Source: a virus (lineage: Duplodnaviria > Heunggongvirae > Uroviricota > Caudoviricetes). From it: a stretch of 64,000 bases of DNA. The notes beneath the pieces were generated by a model. The model was given only the letters and a program-made list of their open reading frames with translations, was not told where the DNA came from and did not search any database. Made by a program: the position numbers and the translations under genes. The stretch spans positions 1-64,000 of the IMG/VR virus record IMGVR_UViG_3300042892_005180; one strand, given 5' to 3'. This document shows positions 25,755-33,888 of this stretch, one piece after another. Position 1 is the first letter of the stretch. Every line of letters begins with the position of its first letter.

Positions 25755-26000
25755 TTAGACCTCGACTTTGTCGGACCAGAAAGCACGGAACGCGAAGGCG
25801 TGCTCCACGGTCTTGAACATGAGTAGACGGGGATATTCTTCGCGAGTGTCGTCGAGCATGACGAAGTCGGGCGTGTTCTCGCACAGCCACTCGACGACCT
25901 CGGGTTTCATCGTGAAAGACTCGTAGCCCATGAACCAGTGCTTGAGGCTCACCAATCGGTCGCAGAGCCACAGGCCGGTGGGCGTTTCCTCGCTGGTCAC
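25755..26000 (-). CDS. hypothetical protein (GTG start coupled to the upstream stop)
   Basis: TAGTG overlap. The start is uncertain. Confidence 0.35.
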   Translation of the reverse strand: MTSEETPTGLWLCDRLVSLKHWFMGYESFTMKPEVVEWLCENTPDFVMLDDTREEYPRLLMFKTVEHAFAFRAFWSDKVEV

Positions 26001-26272
26001 TATCGGTTCTCGTAATGAATGACGGGAGTGCAGAACGCCCCGTAGCAGAGGTATCCTTTGGCGGCCACCCCGTCTCGGGTCCCGACGAATACGAACGTCC
26101 TCCGCGAGTCTCCACCCATGCAACAGAAATCCAAGAACGAATATTCGAACTTGCTCAGGGTGAAGCCGCGCTCGACCATCCACTGGCGCGCGGCTTTTTC
26201 TTCCTCCCCGAGAACCCAGGTGATGAAGACCAGGATTCCAGCAAGTACGAGAATGGTGACCAGAATTGTCAT
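26000..26272 (-). CDS. small membrane protein
   Basis: N-terminal transmembrane segment MTILVTILVLAGILVFITWVL. Promoter TTGACC-17-TAAAAT-7-ATG gives a leaderless start. Confidence 0.5.
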   Translation of the reverse strand: MTILVTILVLAGILVFITWVLGEEEKAARQWMVERGFTLSKFEYSFLDFCCMGGDSRRTFVFVGTRDGVAAKGYLCYGAFCTPVIHYENR

Positions 26273-26322
26273 AGGAAACATTTTAGCCTTCCGGTCCTTT
26301 TCGGTCAACGAATAAATACAGG

Positions 26323-27306
26323 ATGTCCGACTACGTCAACTTCCTCTTCGAGAGCATCATGGAGGCACCCCTGGCCGACTTTGGTGCCTACGGTGATCTA
26401 TCCCGCGAAGGAAGTCTTAGACCGGACGACATCAAGGCAGTGCAGAGCCCGAAGTGGCTTAAGAAACTCGACAGCCATTTCTCCCGCACGCCGTGGAACT
26501 TCAACATTTACGTCTTCAACGCCACCGAAGCGAACCAGCCCCCCGAAGAAAAGCTCCGCATGGACGACGGCTCATCCTCCTTCAAAATCCCGCACCCCCT
26601 CTATCCTGATGAGCCCAAGTATACCAGCAGGGTCAATCCGCGTAATATATCGGTCCACAACCTGGACCGATACGCTGGCTTCTATGATGAGCCCGGTCAG
26701 TTCAAAAGCATCTTTGGCTTTGAACCCAAGACCGAGGGCAACATTACAATCTTGCTCGTCCAGAACGAGGGCGACGGTCGAATCCCGCTGACGCCGTGGA
26801 TGGTCGCGCACCGCATCTGTCATGCGCTCCAGTATGGGGGTGCCAACCACTTCGAACGCCACCGACGCACGCTGTCTTCGCACGCGGTCTCGAACCAAAT
26901 CTATCAACTCACCAACGAGATCAGAAATGCGCTGATGAAGGCCGACAGCATTCTGTCCTCAGCACCCGCATTCAAGAAGATGGAGCATGGCTCGGGTCAC
27001 GCGATCTCTATGGGGATAGCGCAGGCAGCTTCCCTGATTGGCAAGACGAAGGCCATGCAGGCGGTCGTTGACCGAACCGGAGAGGCCACAATCGAGATCA
27101 TGGCCCAGTTCATCGTTCAGGGTCGAGTGCGTTTCAACACGCCTGACATGGGCGGCCCGTTCAACTGGCTGGACTTCACCAATCGGGCGAAGGTCGAGAT
27201 GGACGAGAATGTCTTCAAGGGCATCATGAACAGCCATGCAGTGAAGATCAACAATGAGATGCGGAAGCTTCTCGACCTGTTCGTCGGCCGCATCCTGGTC
27301 TTCTAA
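26323..27306 (+). CDS. Family-A paralog with leader-like N-terminus (MSDYVNFLFE SIME AP..)
   Basis: ATAAATACaggATG upstream. NITILLVQNEGDGRIPLTPWMVAHRICHALQYGG and QFIVQGRVRFN blocks are shared with 1..730 and 51030..51875. Confidence 0.65.
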   Translation: MSDYVNFLFESIMEAPLADFGAYGDLSREGSLRPDDIKAVQSPKWLKKLDSHFSRTPWNFNIYVFNATEANQPPEEKLRMDDGSSSFKIPHPLYPDEPKYTSRVNPRNISVHNLDRYAGFYDEPGQFKSIFGFEPKTEGNITILLVQNEGDGRIPLTPWMVAHRICHALQYGGANHFERHRRTLSSHAVSNQIYQLTNEIRNALMKADSILSSAPAFKKMEHGSGHAISMGIAQAASLIGKTKAMQAVVDRTGEATIEIMAQFIVQGRVRFNTPDMGGPFNWLDFTNRAKVEMDENVFKGIMNSHAVKINNEMRKLLDLFVGRILVF

Positions 27307-27386
27307 GACGTTATTTCATCACCCATCGGGGTTGCGGAAACGGCAACGGAGGTGGTGGCGGCGGAGGCGGGCCGTCCTTCCGAAGA

Positions 27387-27587
27387 TCAAACGTCGGGCG
27401 TGGGCGTGGGCGTTTTGACAACGGGTTTCTTCCTCGGCATGGGTCTCTTCGGCTTGGGCTTCTCAGCCTTTACCACGGTGCCCTTTGGCGGCAAAGGCTT
27501 CGGAGACCGCACTGCGGGCATCGTCGGAGCCTGATAGTTTGACGGGGCCTTGCCCCATCCGAGGAACTTGATGATCTTTTCAAACAT
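27387..27587 (-). CDS. small Pro/Lys-rich protein
   Basis: MFEKIIKFLGWGK..KPLPPKGTVVKAEKPKPKRPMPRKKPVVKTPTPTP. A 7-bp inverted repeat ACTGTAT/ATACAGT abuts the ATG. Confidence 0.4.
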   Translation of the reverse strand: MFEKIIKFLGWGKAPSNYQAPTMPAVRSPKPLPPKGTVVKAEKPKPKRPMPRKKPVVKTPTPTPDV

Positions 27588-27616
27588 ACTGTATCGTAAT
27601 ACAGTGATCGCCGGGT

Positions 27617-27665
27617 AATCAAATAAAAACGACGACCGCTCCAAGGAACGGTCGCCGCCTTTTCT
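27617..27665 (-). terminator. Rho-independent terminator downstream of the SPFH gene (8-bp GC stem, 9-nt loop, T-run)
   Basis: Minus-strand GGCGACCGttccttggaGCGGTCGtCgTTTTTATTT. Confidence 0.45.
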
Positions 27666-27678
27666 TACTTCGCGTGAC

Positions 27679-29088
27679 TTAGGCGGAGATCGCCTTGGGC
27701 TCCGGCGAGGTCTTCTGGCTGTCCGTGAAACGACCGACCAGGGCCTTTCCTTCGGGGGTTTGCGCCAGACCGGTCAGGAGACCGGAGATGGCAGTTCCGC
27801 CGTTCGGAGAGAAGATGTCGGCGATGCTCGCAACGCCGCCCTGCATGGTGCCCGAGTTCGAGATCACCTTGATGTCGGCGGCCTTGATCGCCTGTGCCAT
27901 CTCGACGCCCACCGTCTGGCTCGCTTTGATCTGTTCGACCGTGACGAGGTATTTCTGGTAGTTGTCGTTGTCGCCAATCTCCTTGGCGAGTGTGATCTGC
28001 GCCGTGACCGGGGCCATCAGGATAAGCTCTTCGGCCTTGGCCGTCGCTTCACCCGTGGCCTTGATGCCCTCGGCGTTGTTCTTGGCTGCCGCGAGATCAC
28101 CCTGTGCGATGACTTCGGTGCGCTCGCGCTGGGCTTCGGCCGCGATGACGACCTTGCGCTTGTCGGCTTCGGAGTTGACGACCGTGACTTGGCGGTCCTG
28201 TTCGGCCTTGACGATGGCAACATCCTTGGCGATGTCGGCGGTCTTGACCTCCACGACTTTCTTGACCTCCATTTCGCGCTCCGAGGTGGTGCGGGCCTGC
28301 GTGAGGATTTCCTGGCGGGCCTGCTCGTCGGCGATGCCGACTTCCTTTTCCTTGGTGGCGGTACGAATGCCGATCTGTTGGGCGGCGTCCTGCTTTTGGA
28401 CTTCGATGGTCCGATTGGCGTCGATCTCCTTGAGTTCGGCCTCGCGGATGTTCTCCGCCACCGTGATGCGGCTTTCCATCTCGATGCGGGATTGTTCCTT
28501 GGCCATCATGTTGGCGATCACCTTGGAGCCACCGGCATCGCGAATGTCCATGAACTCGATGGATTTCACAGTGGTGACGCCCCACTCTTGAAGCTGGTGG
28601 TTGACCTCGGTGGTGAACTCGCTGCCCAGCTTGGAGCGGTCCTGCATGATCTCTTCGAGCTTGTTGGTCGAGAGAATGGTCCGCACGGCGCCCTGGAGGA
28701 CCGACTTCAACTGCTCGCGGAGTTCTTCGAACGAAGAGACCCGTTGAGCGGCGGTTGCGGATTCCTCGATACGGAAGAAGGCGACGATATCGACCATGAA
28801 GGGCAGACGGCCGATGTCGTAGGCGTCGTAGTCTTTGAGGCTGATGTCGAAGACCGACTCGGGGAATTCAGAGACGACCACACCGAAGACAGGCAGCCAC
28901 GCGGGCCACTGATAATAGGTGTTTCCGGCTTCCTTGCCCTTGCCGAATGAGGTGGTGTTTTTGCTGGACTGGACGATGTGAACCATGTTGGTCGGCACAA
29001 CGCGCCGCAGGTTGACGATGGCGATCACGAGGAAGACGCCGAAGAGGGCGACTACGGCGAGAATGCCGGGGATGATGAAATCGGTCAT
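27679..29088 (-). CDS. SPFH/band-7 (flotillin/HflC-like) membrane protein
   Basis: N-terminal transmembrane helix, SPFH-like core, and a long charged coiled-coil C-terminus (EQSRIEMESRITVAENIREAELKEIDANR..). Confidence 0.7.
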   Translation of the reverse strand: MTDFIIPGILAVVALFGVFLVIAIVNLRRVVPTNMVHIVQSSKNTTSFGKGKEAGNTYYQWPAWLPVFGVVVSEFPESVFDISLKDYDAYDIGRLPFMVDIVAFFRIEESATAAQRVSSFEELREQLKSVLQGAVRTILSTNKLEEIMQDRSKLGSEFTTEVNHQLQEWGVTTVKSIEFMDIRDAGGSKVIANMMAKEQSRIEMESRITVAENIREAELKEIDANRTIEVQKQDAAQQIGIRTATKEKEVGIADEQARQEILTQARTTSEREMEVKKVVEVKTADIAKDVAIVKAEQDRQVTVVNSEADKRKVVIAAEAQRERTEVIAQGDLAAAKNNAEGIKATGEATAKAEELILMAPVTAQITLAKEIGDNDNYQKYLVTVEQIKASQTVGVEMAQAIKAADIKVISNSGTMQGGVASIADIFSPNGGTAISGLLTGLAQTPEGKALVGRFTDSQKTSPEPKAISA

Positions 29089-29166
29089 AGATGACTTTCT
29101 GTTGGTGGACCCACAGGGGGAATAGCGGCACCATACAGAAAGGTATTTTGGTTCACCGAATTAAAT

Positions 29167-29667
29167 CTACACGATCTGAAATTTAAATGGTTCGTCCATC
29201 AGAGCGTTTTCCATATTTCGCCGTATCACTTCGTTTGCCAAGCCGGGTCGATCTATCTGGAAATCGGGCGCCCCGGCTGACCACACCACGAACAACAGAT
29301 TTTTGATGGTCAGAGCCGTCAACTCACCAGGAGGTGACGCAAAAAGATCGAAAATTGCCCCGAACCAACCGTCACTCTCTATTAGTGCTTCAACCCATGC
29401 TTTATAGGTTGCGGCTTTTCTAATCAGATACTCGTAGTGATCATACGACCAGTCGAGAGGATATTCTTGCACATATTCTTGAGGGGCGGTTTGGCGGGTA
29501 GGCGTCCCGAAAAAAAGGTTCACGTAGTCAAACAGCATCCACAAGAACTCTGGTAGTTCTTTTTCGATATCGTAGACCTCGTCCTCGAACCTCCAGTTGG
29601 CCACGGACAGTTCGCAATAGAGAGCGACCTTGGCGTCTTGCACCAGTTCCGGGTCAATCATGTTCAT
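29167..29667 (-). CDS. hypothetical protein
   Basis: Taken from the ATG at MNMIDPELV. The tool start is TTG. Confidence 0.45.
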   Translation of the reverse strand: MNMIDPELVQDAKVALYCELSVANWRFEDEVYDIEKELPEFLWMLFDYVNLFFGTPTRQTAPQEYVQEYPLDWSYDHYEYLIRKAATYKAWVEALIESDGWFGAIFDLFASPPGELTALTIKNLLFVVWSAGAPDFQIDRPGLANEVIRRNMENALMDEPFKFQIV

Positions 29668-29727
29668 GACTTCATGATACCATTGGCCGCAACCAAAATC
29701 CAAATATAGGTGAGACTAAATAGTCTC

Positions 29728-30369
29728 ATGCTAGGTATCATATACCTCATCATCAACAAGCAAGCTCTACGTGAGCAAAAGCCTCCGTATTTCTACATCG
29801 GCTCGAAGAAAGACAAGGGCAAGTTCAATGATTATTGGGGCAGTTGCGACCTCCTTACCGAGCACGTCCGGTCTCTAGGCGTCGAGAACTTTAGCAAGAT
29901 TGTTTTGGAAGAGGTTGAGCTAGACGATCTCCTAGATACCGAACGTCGATACCAGGAAGATCGAGACTGCGTTCGCTCTCCGCTGTTCTACAACCGAGTC
30001 CTGGCCGCGTCGTCGTTTGATTTCAGTGGAACGGGCACGGTCTGGGTCAGTGATGGCGCCACGGACAGGCGAGTTCCGACTGATCAGGTTGGCGCATACG
30101 AGGAACTCGGTTTCGCCAGAGGGCGAGCCAGAGGCACGCACAACCGCAAACGCGTCTACATGAACAACGGAACGAAGTGTCGGGCGGTTCCGGGAGACAT
30201 GGTAGCAGAAATGGAGGCGGATGGCTGGTCAGTCGGTCGCCTCGCGGGCAACAATCGAGGCAAGGTCTATGTAACCAAAAATGGAAAAAACCTCATGGTC
30301 CATCCAGATCAGCTTCGAGAGTTCGAAGAAGATGGATGGACCAGAGGTTGTTCAATGGTGAAGCACTGA
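29728..30369 (+). CDS. GIY-YIG homing endonuclease
   Basis: MLGIIYLIINKQ...YFYIGS is the GIY-YIG motif. CTAAATAGtctcATG upstream lies within the 7-bp-arm palindrome GAGACTAAATAGTCTC. Confidence 0.7.
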   Translation: MLGIIYLIINKQALREQKPPYFYIGSKKDKGKFNDYWGSCDLLTEHVRSLGVENFSKIVLEEVELDDLLDTERRYQEDRDCVRSPLFYNRVLAASSFDFSGTGTVWVSDGATDRRVPTDQVGAYEELGFARGRARGTHNRKRVYMNNGTKCRAVPGDMVAEMEADGWSVGRLAGNNRGKVYVTKNGKNLMVHPDQLREFEEDGWTRGCSMVKH

Positions 30370-30703
30370 GACTATATGCTTTAGTAGTGGCCTTTTGAAG
30401 GATTACGGCGCGATCTGCCGACCGGCCTTCCAATCTTTGTCCAGATGGTCGAGCAAGCTCTAACCAACTATCCACTAGAACCGCAACTTGTATACCGCAT
30501 GCTGTGGCGGTGACGCAGAGTGCTACTCAGCAGTCCTTCCTACGTGATGCCCTGTCAAAGGCCTCTTAAGGGTTCGACCCCACCGTTCTCAGTTCTACCG
30601 ACGATCATGGCCTTGCGAGCTTCCGACCGACCCGATTGGACCGAAGTCCTCAGGTATTTGGTTCCTTACACACTCTACCGGACTGAGCTTTTGCGTTTTT
30701 CAA

Positions 30704-30778
30704 GTGAAATCAGAATCGAACTGATGACCCTCAGCTTTGAAGGCTGATGCTCTACCGTTGAGCTATTCGCAATCCATC
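30704..30778 (-). ncRNA. tRNA-like element (D-arm GCTCAACGGTAGAGC, anticodon stem-loop with UCA, T-arm ATCAG-TTCGATT-CTGAT); the acceptor stem does not pair
   Basis: Folded by eye from the reverse complement. The 5' TTGCGAA cannot pair with the 3' TTCACTT, so this is either a pseudo-tRNA or fragment, or it was misread. Confidence 0.3.
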
Positions 30779-31442
30779 GTGATGTGTCAGTCCAGTTGCT
30801 CTCAAGCTGTTTAGGCCTAAGAATACAACACACCACATACCGTTCGCCTTGCGGGCTACTTGGTCGTTCTCGTGATCGGCTTTCGCCAACCCACATCAGG
30901 TCTCAGTCGTTCTCTGTCCGGTTTTCCGACCAGTGACACCAAAGACCCTTAAACTGAACTACAGCATTCGGCTGCGAAGCCTCACACCATAGAGCCCAGG
31001 TCGTTAACCTTACGTCATGGAATGGTTTGCACCCCACTAGCGTCTTGCGGACGCAGGCTCACCTCACCTCTCGGCACTGGCAAACTTTTCATGAGCCATC
31101 CTTCCGACCTAGCACCCAGGTTTCGACACCCGATGCTTGAGGGTCTCCCCTCTAGGTCCGACCGGCGTGATCAACCCTCCTTGCGGAGGTCGAGAGGGGC
31201 ATGGCACCCCTTCCCTGTAAGCCCATTGCTGAGCCTTTCGCCACACGCGGCATCCCGGTCCCGAACACCAAACTTCCCATCCGAGACAACTCTGCCATCG
31301 CCCCGAAGGGTCTTGGCTCGGCTATCAGTTTCCGGGGAGAGTGGCTGGCTCGCTCCGAACCCCCGAAGAGGTCAGAAGCGCGCCGCGCCGTCCGTCGATG
31401 TCCACAATGTAGGGGAAGGTAGTTTTTGGGTCAACATCTTTT

Positions 31443-31470
31443 TTCGCATTTCTGCGATTTTTTTGAGACC
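31443..31470 (+). terminator. Weak rho-independent terminator (TCGCA-tttc-TGCGA plus T7)
   Basis: Direct sequence observation. Confidence 0.3.
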
Positions 31471-31486
31471 AGTTGGTTAAACCAAA

Positions 31487-31984
31487 TCAAGTCTCGGATT
31501 TAACAGCCCTTTTCGTCGCCGCCATTTCAGCGGCCCACGCACGAGTGCTGGATTGATCAATCCAATCTTCATATTGGTTCCGCCCATCGGGTCCCGAAAG
31601 ATACGAGATCACGCGGCCAGCGAACGTATTGTCCGACCGCTTCAGGGCTTCAATGGTTTCTGGTCTGGCTGTGATTTCGAAACCGAAATCGTAGACGTGA
31701 TCGTCCATGAGGTCAGCGGGAAGAAGATCGTTGATCGCACGGACGAAGCGATCAGCCCTGACTTCGTCGATAACCACCACTCCATTTTCGAGCGGGGTAG
31801 CCTGACGGGTATCGATGTTGCGCAGAAGAGCCCGGAGGTCATCCACATTGACAGAGACCTTCGCGCCTTTCGCTTTATCGCAGAGATCGCTCAACCGCTT
31901 GGCGCGCTCCGCGAGTGGCATATAGCCCATCTGGCGGGCCAGGGATTTCTGTTTGGTCACACCGGCCCCGAAGTTGCACATCAT
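31487..31984 (-). CDS. hypothetical protein, distal gene of the nrd operon
   Basis: Start overlaps the glutaredoxin gene stop as ATGA. Confidence 0.5.
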   Translation of the reverse strand: MMCNFGAGVTKQKSLARQMGYMPLAERAKRLSDLCDKAKGAKVSVNVDDLRALLRNIDTRQATPLENGVVVIDEVRADRFVRAINDLLPADLMDDHVYDFGFEITARPETIEALKRSDNTFAGRVISYLSGPDGRNQYEDWIDQSSTRAWAAEMAATKRAVKSET

Positions 31985-32229
31985 GCACCCAAATGGATGA
32001 CGAGTTGATCGTGCCCGCCGATGTACCGACCGTCAATGAAGATTTGGGGGACAGTCTTCGGCGGCTGGCCGATAGCGGCTTCGACGCGCTCGATCAGGAC
32101 TTCGCGTTCATCGACCGCGCTGATTTCCCGATAGGGGATGTTGTGTTTCTCCAGCAAGGCTTTGGCCTTGACGCAGTAAGGGCAATTGGGCTTCGAATAA
32201 ATCTCTGCCAGGGTAAGGGTATCGGTCAT
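31981..32229 (-). CDS. grx: Glutaredoxin (NrdH/Grx-like)
   Basis: CPYC active site and a glutaredoxin-like length and pattern (82 aa). Confidence 0.8.
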   Translation of the reverse strand: MTDTLTLAEIYSKPNCPYCVKAKALLEKHNIPYREISAVDEREVLIERVEAAIGQPPKTVPQIFIDGRYIGGHDQLVIHLGA

Positions 32230-32471
32230 TCTTTCCTTTCAAAGGTTTCACAGATGTTCTTGGCGGTAGTGTGTGGGATTTCGTGATCGACGCATTCAAG
32301 GAAAATCCAGAACTTGGATTTGTTCGACTCCCTCGAATGCCGACATGTCGCGCATGAGGTTTTCTCCATCGCCTCTTGAGGCGTGGTTTCCCGGTAGCCA
32401 ATCAGACGACCCAGCACGCGCTCCTTGGGGGTAGCGGTGTGGGTCTCCGTCAGGGCAACAGGCAGCTTCAT
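32226..32471 (-). CDS. small hypothetical protein
   Basis: ATGA coupling at both ends. Confidence 0.4.
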   Translation of the reverse strand: MKLPVALTETHTATPKERVLGRLIGYRETTPQEAMEKTSCATCRHSRESNKSKFWIFLECVDHEIPHTTAKNICETFERKE

Positions 32472-32680
32472 ACGATTCTCGTCCAGACCGTGTGGGTGTC
32501 GCCGTGGTTGCACAGAGGGGTTGCGCCCTCTTCACGAAGTTTCGTTGACGCCTCGTATGCCTCGCGGGCCGACCCCCACGTCGAATGGTGGCGGAAGTTC
32601 CACTTTATGGCCGACCGTTTGGCCGCGCCAGCAGCGGGGCCCGTGTCTGTGGGGTCCAGGACGGATATGATCTTGATCAC
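32468..32680 (-). CDS. small hypothetical protein (GTG start overlapping the nrdB stop)
   Basis: Strong GC3 bias. GTGA coupling. Confidence 0.35.
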   Translation of the reverse strand: MIKIISVLDPTDTGPAAGAAKRSAIKWNFRHHSTWGSAREAYEASTKLREEGATPLCNHGDTHTVWTRIV

Positions 32681-33843
32681 AGAGAGAAGCCCCCGAAATC
32701 TCCCATGCCTGCGTCTTGCTTGACGCCGCCAGTGACGTAGGAGGTGATCTCGGTTTCCTGCGGGGCGACCTGAACAGTCTTCGAAGAAATCCAGGAAGCC
32801 GTCCACGGCAGCGGGTCACGAGCCGGAGATTCGAAGTCGGGCTTCATTCCGATGGCCTTCATCCGCACGGCGCCGATGTAATCGACGTACTCGCACAGCA
32901 GGGCTTCGTTGAGGCCGATGATCGACCCATCCTTGAACAGGTATTTGGCCCATGCCTTCTCCTGGTCCATGGCCGTGCGGAACATCTCACGGACTTCGTC
33001 TTCGGTCTCGACCTTGATCTTGGCGAAGTCGTCGTCATCGCCCGGCAGGATGGTGCGCATCATCTGCTGGGTGAAACCGAGGTGGAGGTTTTCATCGCGG
33101 GCGATCAGCTTGATGATCTTGGCGTTGCCCTCCATTCGTTTCGTCTCTGCGAATGCCCACGAGCACGCGAAGCTGACGTAGAAGCGGATGCCTTCGAGGA
33201 TGTTGACCGACGCCAGCGTGAGCCAAAGCTTGCGCTTCATCGCATACGGGTTGATGTCGTAGGCCTTGCCGTTGACGACGTGGACGCCGAACCCGCACAG
33301 TTGGTAGATGAGCGAATACTGCATGAAATCATCGTAGTAGTGCGAGATGTCAGTCGCGCAATCGACGATCTCCGGGATGGAGGTCATGTCATCGAAAATC
33401 TCGCTCGGGTTCGAGTAGACCTGACGAATGATGTGCGTGTAGGAGCGAGAGTGGATGGTCTCGAAGAAGGCCCAGGTCTGTGCCCACGTTTCCATCTCGG
33501 GTAGGGCCGTGATGGGCGCGAAGGTTGCTGTGGGAGCCCGACCCTGCACGGAGTCGAGAACGATCTGACGCTTGAGGTTTGAAGAAAAGATGTGCTTCTC
33601 GTGTGGGCTCAGCTTGCCGAAATCACCACGGTCACCGTTGAGATCGACTTCCTGGGGGAGCCAGAAGAAGCCAAGCTGTTTGTTGATGAAGTGTTCGACT
33701 TCTGGATACTTGACGACGTCATAGCGCGCGGTGCCGACACCACCGTTCTCGTCGAAGAACATCTTGGCGAGCAGGTGGTTGGTGGCTTTTAGATTGAATG
33801 CTGTCATGGGTTCACTTTCGGGGAATATAGGTCCCGGCGTCAA
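32677..33843 (-). CDS. nrdB: Ribonucleotide reductase class Ia beta subunit
   Basis: 388-aa ferritin-like protein with di-iron and Tyr-radical motifs, immediately downstream of nrdA. Confidence 0.9.
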   Translation of the reverse strand: MTPGPIFPESEPMTAFNLKATNHLLAKMFFDENGGVGTARYDVVKYPEVEHFINKQLGFFWLPQEVDLNGDRGDFGKLSPHEKHIFSSNLKRQIVLDSVQGRAPTATFAPITALPEMETWAQTWAFFETIHSRSYTHIIRQVYSNPSEIFDDMTSIPEIVDCATDISHYYDDFMQYSLIYQLCGFGVHVVNGKAYDINPYAMKRKLWLTLASVNILEGIRFYVSFACSWAFAETKRMEGNAKIIKLIARDENLHLGFTQQMMRTILPGDDDDFAKIKVETEDEVREMFRTAMDQEKAWAKYLFKDGSIIGLNEALLCEYVDYIGAVRMKAIGMKPDFESPARDPLPWTASWISSKTVQVAPQETEITSYVTGGVKQDAGMGDFGGFSL

Positions 33844-33863
33844 TATTTTCGTGGGAAGAAGAT

Positions 33864-33881
33864 GCCGCCCCGAAGGGCGGC
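33864..33881 (-). other. nrdA-nrdB intercistronic stem-loop (7-bp GC stem, UUCG tetraloop)
   Basis: GCCGCCC-uucg-GGGCGGC. A candidate attenuator, processing or stability element. Confidence 0.35.
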
Positions 33882-33888
33882 ACCAAAA

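Larger units (their letters stand above)
30370..31486. ncRNA. 1.1-kb ORF-free, hairpin-rich region (candidate structured RNA, degenerate tRNA cluster or intron-like element)
   Basis: Only junk ORFs here. Several GC stems close on CGCAAG-type GNRA-like loops. A tRNA-like D-arm/anticodon-arm/T-arm lies at about 30704..30778 on the minus strand. A plus-strand terminator-like hairpin plus T7 sits at about 31446..31470. Confidence 0.35.

Noticed and set aside
30704-30778. Calling an intact tRNA gene (possible tRNA-Trp/opal suppressor with UCA anticodon)
   Set aside because: The acceptor stem strands (TTGCGAA versus TTCACTT) do not base-pair, so it is reported only as a tRNA-like element pending tRNAscan.
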